A stretch of 64,000 nt of DNA from an uncultured delta proteobacterium (GTDB taxonomy: Bacteria; Desulfobacterota; Binatia; UBA9968), in NCBI GenBank assembly GCA_963727625.1, contig CAVSHR010000005.1, forward strand, positions 1-64,000. The letters are read 5' to 3'. Positions 49,546 through 59,741 of the stretch are shown here, in pieces; the stretch's first letter is position 1, and each line of letters starts with the position of its first letter. The notes under the pieces were generated by a model. That model had not been told where the DNA came from. It saw nothing but the letters and a program-made list of their open reading frames with translations, and ran no database searches. The translations under genes were made by a program, and so were the position numbers.

Positions 49546-50561
49546 TTCCCACCTCCGCTAGCGTCAAGCCCGCTATATTGACGGACGACTTCGAGCACGC
49601 GGCATGCATGACCCAGGCTCTCGTACCAGGCCAGCGCTTTGACGATTCTTTTTCCGGCCTTCAGGGTCGCGCGGGAATCGAACAGCAGGGACTGCCGGCA
49701 GCCGATGACATCCGAGGACACGATCGGATCGTCGGTCACGCCGATCAACGCCGGGTGGGCGGCCGCGGCCGCGCGCATCGCCTCGTTCACTTGCTCGACG
49801 GCAACCTTATCGTCCCGCATCACGCAGTTCACATCCAGCATCGACCCCTGCTGCACCGGCACGTTCAGGGCGTATCCGCTCAGTTTTCCGGCAAACTTCG
49901 GCAACACAAGCTCGACCCACCGAGCCGACTCGTTATTATTCGGAATGATATTTTCCGCCGCGGACCGGCTGCGGCGGAAATCCTCGTGAGCATAGTCCTG
50001 CAGCGACTGATCGCTCGAATAGGCATGGACCGTGGTCATCGTCGCGCAGTCGACTTCCAAGGCCTGATCCAGTGATTGCAATAAGAGCGCAAACGCATTG
50101 GTCGTTGCCGAACCCGCCGAAACCATTCTGTCTGCGCTCCTGGCATCGGCTTCATTGATCCCCGGTATGACGATCCGGTCGATCGGCTCCGCCGGCAAAG
50201 ACGCGAGAATCACCCGCTTGGCGCCGGCGCGCAAATGCGCCTCCATGTCCCGGCGGCGCCGATATCGGCCCGTGGCATCGACGACGCAGTCGACGTTCAG
50301 AACGTCCCAGGGAACCTCGTCCGGCCGGGCAAGCTGGAGCATTCGGATGCGGAACTTCTCGTTGACCAGGTAGTTGTCCTGAAGCTCGCAGGGCGGCTCC
50401 TCGACTCCGTCGCTTGTGAGCAGATATTCGAGGATTTCCGGTTTACCGATGTCGGCCACGGCGACGATTTCGACGTCGTCTCGTTCGAGCGCAAGATGAT
50501 AGAGGTGCCGACCGATCTGGCCCAGACCCATAATGCCGATGCGGATTTTCCCGTTACCCAT
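49542..50561 (-). CDS. GAPDH-like protein lacking the catalytic cysteine (pseudoenzyme)
   Basis: Full-length GAPDH fold, but SAGSATTN replaces SNASCTTN. ATGA overlap with gap; GAGGGAGG RBS. Confidence 0.88.
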
Positions 50562-50640
50562 TTGGTCGCCTCCCTCTCTTTCGAAATTAAACTCTTAATC
50601 TTGATAATTCTATATCCGACCAGATTAAAAATCGATGAAA

Positions 50641-50810
50641 TATTCCGGCGCCGTCGATTATCTCGACAAGCTAAGGTTATCTGCATATATCGGGCCGCAA
50701 AAAAATATGATCAAAAGCGGCACTGCCATCGTTAATTCCAATGAGATCGAAAAAAACCGCCGCAAAGACCCCGATGTCGCCAATGCCATGGTGATCGGTT
50801 TTAAAAGTCG
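50641..50810 (+). pseudogene. Decayed fragment of an acyl-CoA ligase C-terminal region
   Basis: With frameshifts it reads GYLHISGRKK/MIKSGTAIVNSNEIEKNRRKDPDVANAMVIGFK. This matches GYLHISGRKKNMIKSGGISVFPEEIEETLRKHPDVADAAVIGFK in 46959-48491. Confidence 0.7.
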
Positions 50811-51103
50811 GTAAATGAAATGCTGCCATGAGTACCACCTGCCGTTGCGCAATGGCGATCTTGCGCTATATATGGGTGAATCATCGCCTGACGCTCGACT
50901 TCCACCGGGAGCCGAAGCACAACCCGCCGTCTTGATGCGGAACTCATCTCATGGGGCAGCGGAATCACTGTCCGTGAGAAGGCTAGACTTCTTCGAGCGG
51001 GCCATGGTGGTAATTGGCTGCAAGATGCGCAGACGGTAGCCGATCTATCGTCTGCCGCTGCATCCGCATGCGATACGCCGCTAGAAGGAGGGATTAACCC
51101 GAG

Positions 51104-53140
51104 GTGGCATTGCTCGAAGTCGACAATCTGCGGACGTATATCTATACCCGGCGGGGCATCAATCGGGCGGTAGATGGCGTCAGCTTCCAGTTGGACCGCG
51201 GCCGGAGCCTCGGGCTGGTGGGAGAATCGGGAAGCGGCAAGTCCATGACAGCCCTGTCTATGCTGCGGCTTGTTCCCAAGCCGGCAGCCCGAATCATCGG
51301 CGGGGAGATTCGCTTCGAGGGAGAAAACCTGTTCAAGAAGTCCGAGAAGGAGATTCGGCGCATCCGCGGCGGCGGCATCGCCATCATTCTTCAGGACCCG
51401 CTCACCAGCCTCAACCCCGTTTTCAACGTGCAGTACCAAGTCGGGGAGTCCGTCAGTCTGCACCAGCACCTGTCGGGAAGGGCACAGCTCGACCGAGTGA
51501 TCGACAGCCTGCGGCGCGTGCGCGTCCCGGCGCCCGAGGTCCGGATGAAGGACTACCCCCATCAATTCAGCGGCGGTATGCGCCAACGCGTGGTTGGGGC
51601 CATCGCCATCGCCTGCGAGCCGAAGCTGCTGGTCGCCGACGAGGCCACCACCGCTCTGGATGCGACCATTCAGGCCCAGTACCTGACGCTACTCCGCGGC
51701 CTCCAAAAGGACCTAAACCTGGCCCTGCTTTTTATTACCCACGACTTCGGCATCGTCGCCAAGATGTGCGACGACGTTGCGGTGATGTACGCGGGGCGGA
51801 TCGTCGAGCACGCCGACGTTCGGGAAACTTTCAACCACCCGGCCCACCCTTACACCCTCTCCCTGCTTGAAGCGGTACCCAAAGTCAACCGGCGCGTCGA
51901 CCGTCTATACGCTATTCCCGGCTCTCCCGCCACGGGCTGGACACAGAGCCCCGGGTGCCCCTTCGCGTCCCGGTGCGCCTTCACCATCGACCGGTGCACT
52001 CAGGAAAAACCGCCGCTGGTTACAGTCGCCGCCGGCCACACTTCGGAATGCTGGAAGGCAGAGGAGATATTTGCCAAAAGCTTGGGCTTGACAGCCGACA
52101 GACAACCGGGCGCAGTCGTGCCGAATGCGCCGTCCAAGCCGATCATGAGGGCTCCCTTAGCCGAACCGACCAACGGAAAAAATGTCCTCCAGGTGGAAAA
52201 CCTCCACGTGTATTTTCCGATGACGCGGGGTTTCCTATTCAAGCGGGAGAGAGGGCTGATCAAGGCCGTGGACGGGATTTCCTTCGACATCAAAGAGGGC
52301 GAGACCTTCAGCATCGTGGGCGAGTCGGGTTGCGGCAAGACCACCACCGCCCGCGCGGTCCTCAAGGTCGAGGTACCGACCGAAGGCCGCGTCCTGTGGC
52401 ACGGCAAGGACGTTCACGAGCTGAATGAGGAAGAGATGCGCGCCCACCGTTCGGCGGTCCAAGCTGTGTTCCAGGACCCGTACAGTTCCATGAACCCGCG
52501 CATGAGGATAGGAGACTTCATCACCGAGCCGCTGTTGATCAACACCAAGATGTCCAAGAGCGAACGTCGGGAGCGCGCCAAGGAGGTGCTCCAGCAGGTG
52601 GGGCTCAGGGCCGAGGAGATCAACAACTTCCCGCACGAGTTTAGCGGCGGCCAGCGCCAGCGCATTGCCATCGCGCGGGCTTTGTCGTCTTTCCCACGAG
52701 TCGTCGTGCTAGATGAGCCGGTTTCTTCCCTGGACGTCTCCATCCGCGCCCAGATTATGAATCTCCTCAAAGATCTCCAGGAACGGGAAGGGTTCAGCTA
52801 CCTCTTCATCGCGCATCATCTGGGCACAGTCCGCTACATGAGCCACATGGTGGCGGTCATGTATCTTGGGCGCCTCGTGGAGATGGCGGAATGCGAGGAA
52901 CTCTTCAAAAGTCCGCTCCACCCCTACACCAAGGCGCTCTTCTCCGCCGCCCTACCCGATCACCCTGATATCGAGCGCGAAGAGCTGCTACTGCACGGGG
53001 ACGTGGCCGCCGCGACGGCCGTTCCGCCCGGCTGCAGGCTCCACCCGCGCTGCCCTATGGCGATGCAGATTTGCGCCGAAGTGGAGCCCGAGTGGAAAGA
53101 GGTAGCACCCCGACACTGGACGGCCTGTCACCTCTACTAA
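51104..53140 (+). CDS. Peptide/nickel ABC transporter ATPase, fused OppD-OppF type
   Basis: Two Walker A motifs (GESGSGKS, GESGCGKT), two FSGG signatures and two HPYT domains. Confidence 0.95.
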   Translation: MALLEVDNLRTYIYTRRGINRAVDGVSFQLDRGRSLGLVGESGSGKSMTALSMLRLVPKPAARIIGGEIRFEGENLFKKSEKEIRRIRGGGIAIILQDPLTSLNPVFNVQYQVGESVSLHQHLSGRAQLDRVIDSLRRVRVPAPEVRMKDYPHQFSGGMRQRVVGAIAIACEPKLLVADEATTALDATIQAQYLTLLRGLQKDLNLALLFITHDFGIVAKMCDDVAVMYAGRIVEHADVRETFNHPAHPYTLSLLEAVPKVNRRVDRLYAIPGSPATGWTQSPGCPFASRCAFTIDRCTQEKPPLVTVAAGHTSECWKAEEIFAKSLGLTADRQPGAVVPNAPSKPIMRAPLAEPTNGKNVLQVENLHVYFPMTRGFLFKRERGLIKAVDGISFDIKEGETFSIVGESGCGKTTTARAVLKVEVPTEGRVLWHGKDVHELNEEEMRAHRSAVQAVFQDPYSSMNPRMRIGDFITEPLLINTKMSKSERRERAKEVLQQVGLRAEEINNFPHEFSGGQRQRIAIARALSSFPRVVVLDEPVSSLDVSIRAQIMNLLKDLQEREGFSYLFIAHHLGTVRYMSHMVAVMYLGRLVEMAECEELFKSPLHPYTKALFSAALPDHPDIEREELLLHGDVAAATAVPPGCRLHPRCPMAMQICAEVEPEWKEVAPRHWTACHLY

Positions 53141-53464
53141 CCTGATATCGGTCGTCTCGTGCAAAAAGTTACTGCTGGGGTGATTAGTAATTCAACATTC
53201 GTTAGCCGATAGGGATAAAGCCTGAAGAGCACGGGCATAGGAGCGCGAATGTTGCGATCAGGCTCCGACCTATCAATGGTCCTCCTGTCTTGGGGGCGGG
53301 ACCAGGTGGCGACCTTCAAGGGACCGCTCTATTGTCCGCGCCCGAAAGGATTCCCCATCTTCGACCGTGATCCGACTCGTTAAAGATACTGAGGCTCGCG
53401 CGCCAGGGCTCTCTCGGCCAGAATTGCGTTCTCAGCGATAGCCGGCGCTGGCCGAAATTCCCGA

Positions 53465-55175
53465 CTATCGCTTGGTAACCAGTGCCGCCAGATTCAGAGG
53501 CGCTCGACCACGACTCTTCTCCAAACCCCAATCGGGCACATTTTTGTTGACGAACCACAACGAGCCGGCCGCGAAGAAACCGGGGCCATAGGCGCGGTCG
53601 TGAACGAGCTTGCCAAGCCTGGCTGTGGCTTCGGTGTATTCCTCAAGGCTGCCCGCGCGTGACGCCGCGGCCAAGGCGTCCACAACGTCTTGATCATGTT
53701 TCGGTCCCCAGTGCTCAGTCGGACCCCACACGGAGTAGGATCCGGCGAGCGAGGTGATACGCCCGCCGGGACCAAAAAACAGCAGCGAGTTGACATACCC
53801 TTCGCCACTTTTGCGGCGCCGCGAATATTCGGCCCGATCGATGGGATCGATGGTGACTTTGAAACCTACCTTTTCCAGCATCGGTTGCATCGCCTGAGCA
53901 AAATCTGCTTCTTCTGGGTAATTGCCCCAATAAACTAACTTGATGTTAGGTTCATGCCCCTTTGAATAACCGGCGGCGGTAAGGAGCTCCCGCGCCTTGT
54001 CCGGGTCATACGGGTACGGCGTGCCGCAGGCCTCGAGGTATTTTGGGTTCATCGTCGACACTTCTGTCGAGGGTGGCCAAGTGCATCCCCATGGCGTCAC
54101 CCCCGCGCCACGCCAGATGGTCTTGGCGATCAGCTTGTGGTCGATGGCGTAGGCCGCTGCTTTGCGCACGCGTTCGTCATGGAAGACGTTATTCTTATGC
54201 CAGGTCTGAAACATGTACAGGCCGATCATGTGGGCTGCGTGCTTGGTGGCAGACCTGGCCCCGGCGGCCATGGCCCGGTCCATGAGGTCACGGCTACCCT
54301 CGACGATGTCCATCTGCCCCGTGCGCAACTGAGCGAAGCGCGTACCAAATTCGGCTACGTTCCTAATCTCGATGCGGTTGTATACCGGACAGCCCAGCAA
54401 AGGGTCCTTACGAGCTGCCTCGAGTGTGATAAACCGCTGGGCCTGGCGATCAACGACCCGGTACGGACCCGCCGCCAGCGGATTCTTCCGGAAGCGGTCG
54501 AAGGCCTCCTGGGAGATAACGCCATCAGAGTGGTATTTCTTGGAAGTCACATATAATCGGAAAAACCAGCGGCGACATTTCGTACACAAAGGTCGGAGCC
54601 CCTTTACTGAAGTCGATGCGCACTTTACGTTTGTCGACGACCTTCGCGGTCACGCCGATGCCTCTCAGCGTCGCCTTGATCTGGTCTTCCGCAAAATTAC
54701 TGGCCGCGAGCTTGATTGAAAACACCACATCCTCGGCGGTGATGGGGTCGCCGTTGTTGAAGGTCAGCCCCTCGCGGAGAGTGACGTTAAGCCCCTTGGC
54801 GCCAGGCAGGAACTCCCACGCTTCGGCAACCCCGAAAGCCGCATCGACGTTCTCCTCCCGCGGGTCGGTCCCAAACAAAGGCATCTGGTGGAGTCGCGTG
54901 TATTGGGTGGATGCGAAGCGATTCTCGGCCGGATGCGGGGTAAACTCCTCGTTGAAGTGGCCCGCTACCCGTAGCACGGGCTTGCGCGCCGGGCATCCGG
55001 CTAGTGATGTGTCACTTGGCTTTTCCGGGCTTCGAGCCGCCGCAAGCAGTGTTGGGGTCTGCTGAGCGTATCCCGCGATCGCCAGGACAAATACCGCGAT
55101 CGATGCCAATGCCAGAAGAGGAATCAGAATGAGCCTGCCCTTGCCGATTAATCGATTTTTCCGTTGCGTAGACAT
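53465..55175 (-). pseudogene. Family 5 (peptide) ABC substrate-binding protein with a 1-nt frameshift near 54555
   Basis: LREGLTF.NGDP.TAEDVVFS is in one frame and GPY...D.RVRKA in the other. They join as EMSPLVFP/LYVTSKK. ATG at 55175 with an AGGAGGT RBS. Confidence 0.82.
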
Positions 55176-55309
55176 CGAAACACCTCCTATAATCATGCTC
55201 TGTAGTTTCCGTTTTTTTCTCTCTTTGATATGTTTGTTTACATCCTCGGGTTAGGCCATGGGTTCGCAAATTCCCGTCCGGTTCCGCGCCAATCTTTCTT
55301 CCATGTTCA

Positions 55310-56227
55310 CTAAAGCTGGCGCAACCGAGGGTCGGTGTGGTCACGGAGCCAGTCTCCGAGGAGATTAAAAGACAGGACTACCACGGCGATCGCCAGCCCG
55401 GGAAAGACAGATAACCACCACGCACTCTCCAGGTAATCCCTGCCACTGGCGACCATCTGGCCCCAGGTAGGTGTCGGCGGCGGAATCCCCGCCCCCAAAA
55501 AGCTCAGGGTGGCTTCCAGGATAATGACGAACCCGAGTTGCAATGTGAGCAACACCACCACACTGTTCAAGACGTTGGGCAGGATATGGGCGATCATGAT
55601 CCGCCAGTTCGACGCCCCGGCGATCCGCGCCAGCTTGACGAAGTCGCGCTCTTTGACGCTGAGGACCTCGCTGCGGATGAGCCTGGCGAACCGAGCCCAA
55701 AGAACAATACATGCGGCGATGACCACGGTGTACCCGCCGGGACCGATGACCGCAGCCAGCAGCAACGCGGCCAGTATAAGCGGGAAGGCCATCGTGGCGT
55801 CGGCCAAGCGCATGACGATTGCATCGACTCGCCCGCCGATGAACCCTGCGATCATCCCGATGAAGGAGCCCAGGACGGAGCCAAAGACCAGGGCCGCCAG
55901 CGCCACGTTGAAGGCGGGACGAGCCCCGACGATGATCCGGCTAAGCACGTCCCGCCCGAGCCGGTCCGTACCCAGAAAGTAGTGCGCGTCTCCGCCCTCC
56001 ATCCACGCGGGGGGAAGCAGCCGCGCTCGCAGGCTGGTCCCGTAGGGATCATTGGGCGCAAGCCACTCCCCGAACAGGGCCATGATCATGAACAGACTAA
56101 TGACGAGGAGTTGGGGAATCGGCAGGCGCCGCAGGCTGTTCCACCGCAGCCAGCTCCGCAGCTTGCTCTGCTCCCCCACGCCTGCGGGCTGCTCGACCGC
56201 TCGGCGCTCAATGTCGACTACGGACAT
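55310..56227 (-). CDS. Peptide ABC permease, OppC/DppC type
   Basis: LGTDRLGRD, HILPN, EA.LSFLG.G..PP.P.WG and GD.LRD..DPR motifs. Confidence 0.95.
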   Translation of the reverse strand: MSVVDIERRAVEQPAGVGEQSKLRSWLRWNSLRRLPIPQLLVISLFMIMALFGEWLAPNDPYGTSLRARLLPPAWMEGGDAHYFLGTDRLGRDVLSRIIVGARPAFNVALAALVFGSVLGSFIGMIAGFIGGRVDAIVMRLADATMAFPLILAALLLAAVIGPGGYTVVIAACIVLWARFARLIRSEVLSVKERDFVKLARIAGASNWRIMIAHILPNVLNSVVVLLTLQLGFVIILEATLSFLGAGIPPPTPTWGQMVASGRDYLESAWWLSVFPGLAIAVVVLSFNLLGDWLRDHTDPRLRQL

Positions 56228-56233
56228 CCCTAA

Positions 56234-57199
56234 TTATCCCCTCGCTGCCACTCGCTGCATGGAACCGGTAGAAAACCTGATGCGCGGGTCCACCACTCCG
56301 TAAAGCAGATCAACAATGACATTTGCTGTCAGGACCGTTACGGCAACGATCCCGACCACCGCCTGTATGAGGGGAAAGTCCCGCGCGATGATGGCGCTCA
56401 AGAACAGGTTTCCTATGCCTGGCCAGTCGAACACCACCTCTGTGACCACCGAGCCTGAGACCGCGGTGCCGACCCAGATGGCCATAAAGGTCATCACCGG
56501 GAGCAGCCCGTTGCGAAAAACGTGCAGCCACACGACCTTCCACTCGGGCACACCCTTGGCCCGCGCTAACTTGACGAACTCCGCATCCAACGATTCCAAC
56601 ATCGATGAACGCAGCAGTCGCGTCATTGCGGCAAACAACAGCAGGGAGGTGCTAATGGCCGGTAGGATGTAGTACCGCCAGGAGTCGAGGCCGCCGGTGC
56701 CCATGCCCCCCGCCGGCAACAGCCGAAAATGCACCGCGAATATTGCCATCAAAACCAAGCCAACCCAAAACCCCGGCGCAGCCTGCCCGAAGGCGGCCAG
56801 CACCTGTGCGATGCGATCGGGCCATCTCCCGCGTTTCGTGGCGGCAAGCACGCCCAGTGGAAAGGCCGTCAGCAGGATGAGAATAAGTGACGCGAGTTGG
56901 AGTTTCAGGCTGGCAATGAAACGGTGGCCGATGAGGTCCGTCACCGGCTCGCGGTAGACGATGGAGCGACCGAAATCAAAGGTCGCCATGTCCCGCAGGA
57001 AGATACCGAACTGCACCATGTAACTGCGATCCGTGCCAATCCGCTCACGAGCGGCTTGAATATCAGCCTGAGACGCATCTGCCGGCAGATTGAGAACGGC
57101 AGGATCCCCTGCAGCGCGCGTGGCCACAAAGATAACCATCATGAAGAGGATCAGCGTGATAAACGCTTGAGCGATACGACCGGCAATGTAACTGATCGT
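56234..57199 (-). CDS. Peptide ABC permease, OppB/DppB type; the expected start codon is ACG at 57199
   Basis: GDP, DFGRS, ARAKG, E.VF.WPG.G and DPRIR motifs. GGAGG-N6-ACG-ATC-AGT-TAC is in frame. Confidence 0.9.
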   Translation of the reverse strand, partial: TISYIAGRIAQAFITLILFMMVIFVATRAAGDPAVLNLPADASQADIQAARERIGTDRSYMVQFGIFLRDMATFDFGRSIVYREPVTDLIGHRFIASLKLQLASLILILLTAFPLGVLAATKRGRWPDRIAQVLAAFGQAAPGFWVGLVLMAIFAVHFRLLPAGGMGTGGLDSWRYYILPAISTSLLLFAAMTRLLRSSMLESLDAEFVKLARAKGVPEWKVVWLHVFRNGLLPVMTFMAIWVGTAVSGSVVTEVVFDWPGIGNLFLSAIIARDFPLIQAVVGIVAVTVLTANVIVDLLYGVVDPRIRFSTGSMQRVAARG

Positions 57200-57582
57200 C
57201 CCGTACCTCCCCTCTGAGTTGGCGAATCGGGAACGGTCTCCGACGGCGCGAACGATACCCGTACCTAATCCATATTCAAGTGGTTACGCGTAAAATGCTG
57301 AATTGTCGAGGGCTAGCACGCACCGGTTATCATATCAATCATGTGCGCGATTTTGCCTTGAGCAAAATTATCCTCGCTCAGTACCTCAACTTGATTGATT
57401 AAAAAATACGCCTCCCGAAAGCCGATAAGGTGATAGAGGTTGGCAGCGAAGGCGTAGCTCACTGAACGGTTTCTACATAAGTCACGGAGCTGAATTTTAC
57501 TCGGCGCCATTCAAAAAAACTCTAGCGTGTGGCGAGTCATTCACCAGAACTTGGAGGCAATGACTAAACAATTCAATCTCAG

Positions 57583-57662
57583 CGCCAACACCAGCACAAG
57601 CTGCAAGGCCCGCGGCGGTCGAGCCAGAGTGAGATTTGTCAGCTTCATCCTGATAGGCCACC
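57583..57662 (-). mobile_element. Degenerate integron attC site
   Basis: The minus strand reads GGTGGCCTATC-AGGATGAAGCTGAC...GCAGCTTGTGCTGGT-GTTGGCG and overlaps the ORF stop. The inner boxes pair with a bulge. Confidence 0.6.
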
Positions 57663-58400
57663 GTTCTCGAGCGCGGCCATCGCGAGCTGTGCCCTGCTCA
57701 GCAGCTGGCCACGACCCTGCCCTCGCTCGATGTATTCACGTAACGCTGCGCGAGCTCGCACCCCCCGGCCGGCCAGCGCCTGCGCGAGACCCTCCCACAG
57801 CAGTGGCTCAGAGGATTCCGGCCACAACCTCGCCGCCCTGCGGGCGGCGGCGATCGCTTCGTCCGGTCGGCCACGCCCGGTACGCCGATGGTTCTCGACG
57901 ACCGCGCGAGCCAATGCCAACCATGCATCTGGATCAGCCGCGTCTGCCTGAGTGGCAGCACGGGCGCGGCCCACCTGCTCGCCGAGGGCGTGCTCTGAGC
58001 GGCGGCGGCGGCGACAACGCAGGCAGCGCACCGGAACCGAATGGAAGTTGAACTGAAGGGCCTCGTACCAGTGCTTTTGCTCGGCGGCGCGAAACACGAA
58101 CGGCTGGCCGCACTGGATGCAGGCGCGCCCCTCATCGACATAGAAGTACTTCGGCACATGGTGGTAGCAGAAGACCTGCCTCGCCGGGTCACCGCGAACG
58201 GCATCCTTCGGCAAGGTCGGCTTGAAGGTCGCGTCGTATCGCCACAGCTCGCGCTCGACGCCGTGGAGATCAACGTACAGGCTGCGTACGAGGGGTATCT
58301 CACCGTAGATCGGGTGCCGGCGGACCTGCGCTTCAGCCCGGGTGGTCGTTGACTTCCGCTTCTGCCCGCCACGGGCGTGGTGTCTGGGATATCTCTTCAC
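57645..58400 (-). CDS. Zinc-ribbon (CxxC...CxxC) plus TPR-like protein; probable gene cassette
   Basis: CIQCG.PF.F.A.EQ..WYE.......P.RCLRCR, followed by Ala-rich TPR-like helices. Confidence 0.78.
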   Translation of the reverse strand: MKRYPRHHARGGQKRKSTTTRAEAQVRRHPIYGEIPLVRSLYVDLHGVERELWRYDATFKPTLPKDAVRGDPARQVFCYHHVPKYFYVDEGRACIQCGQPFVFRAAEQKHWYEALQFNFHSVPVRCLRCRRRRRSEHALGEQVGRARAATQADAADPDAWLALARAVVENHRRTGRGRPDEAIAAARRAARLWPESSEPLLWEGLAQALAGRGVRARAALREYIERGQGRGQLLSRAQLAMAALENGGLSG

Positions 58401-58806
58401 TTCGTCACACGAGGATGTGATGGGTGGCCTAACCTATGGCGTTTTATCCCTAGGCCTCGTGGCAATCAAGTTGCTTGATAGCCCCGGAGTATCGCCAAGG
58501 GGATAAAACGAGGTGGAAATTAACCGCCGAGCCACGGGACGCGCAGCGTTGACGGATTGAACTGTACGCCTCAGGCAAATCTCACGGGATTTGCTCGTAG
58601 GAGATTCAGTTCAATTCCGGGTTCGACGGTGAGTTTAACCCGCGCAAATGAAACGTAGCTAAATTTGCGCCCCAGTTGAAGCGGTTGGCAGGCAAGCTCT
58701 TTATCGCACATATAAATCACGCACCATGACTCTTTTGGTCCCTTCCGTTTTCACTGAAAGAAACACGCGTTCTTTTTTCACCAATGCTCGCGGGCGTCTG
58801 CGTCTG

Positions 58807-59439
58807 TCAATAAGCGTAAGCGACCGATCCTTCCTTGGATTTTATTTCAGCCAGTTCAAAGTATAATCTGAAGTCTCTGGACCAGACCCGCATATCTTTC
58901 TTCGAATAAGGGGCTTTGCCTTCGAAGTCCTTTGGCTGAACACCAATGAGAGTGACCGCAGTTATGGCGGGCTCTATGTAATTCCAGTTGACTGATACCG
59001 TTTCCTTTCCGATTCCTCCCTCTTTGACCTCCATATTGGCATAGCCGGTCGAGGTGAACCCTTGGAGGGCCGTGATCGGCGTTGTGAGTTGAACTCGAGT
59101 CAACACCTCCGTTGCGGATTGGAGTCCTCTATTCCGGGTCATCACCGCAATCCACAAGTGAGAATCAAAATCCTTCTTGAGTTTTTCCACTTCCCCCTTG
59201 CCCTCGGATCCTGCGAACTGCCGCGCAACGCTGGTTAAGACAGGCTCGAGATTGGCAGGAGTAAGGGCAAAGACCTGAGTATCGAAGGCGACCCGTGTGA
59301 TATTAGGCACCTGCAGTTCCAGAATCTGTAGGGCCTTACCCGAGTTGACGTAACCGCGATACGCAAAGAATATGATCAGGACCAGCGCTGCTACTAGTAC
59401 GGCGGTGGCTGTTCGACTTATGTCCTTGGGAAGTTCCAT
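58807..59439 (-). CDS. Hypothetical protein with an N-terminal membrane anchor
   Basis: 210 aa; single TM; AAGGAGG RBS; lower GC than its flanks. Confidence 0.75.
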   Translation of the reverse strand: MELPKDISRTATAVLVAALVLIIFFAYRGYVNSGKALQILELQVPNITRVAFDTQVFALTPANLEPVLTSVARQFAGSEGKGEVEKLKKDFDSHLWIAVMTRNRGLQSATEVLTRVQLTTPITALQGFTSTGYANMEVKEGGIGKETVSVNWNYIEPAITAVTLIGVQPKDFEGKAPYSKKDMRVWSRDFRLYFELAEIKSKEGSVAYAY

Positions 59440-59741
59440 AGCAGTTCCTCCTTTTTACAACGATTCGAGATCCAGTTTTGACCGCCAGCCTTGAGTTTTT
59501 AGAGAGCCTTTCAGCAATCTCCTTCGTTTTGGATGTAATGTAGACCGACTCAAGAAGGGATTGCTGTCTAATATTGGACAAATTTAAAAAGAAATTGTCG
59601 CCTGGAAATGCATCTACTTACGGGACGCGGATCTTGTTGCACTATCTCTCCGCGGCGAATCCTTCCAGAATTGCGTTTACTTATTGACCGCTTCGCCTCG
59701 GGCTTGGTACAAGAAGCTACCAACTTGAACTGGAGCGAAAC

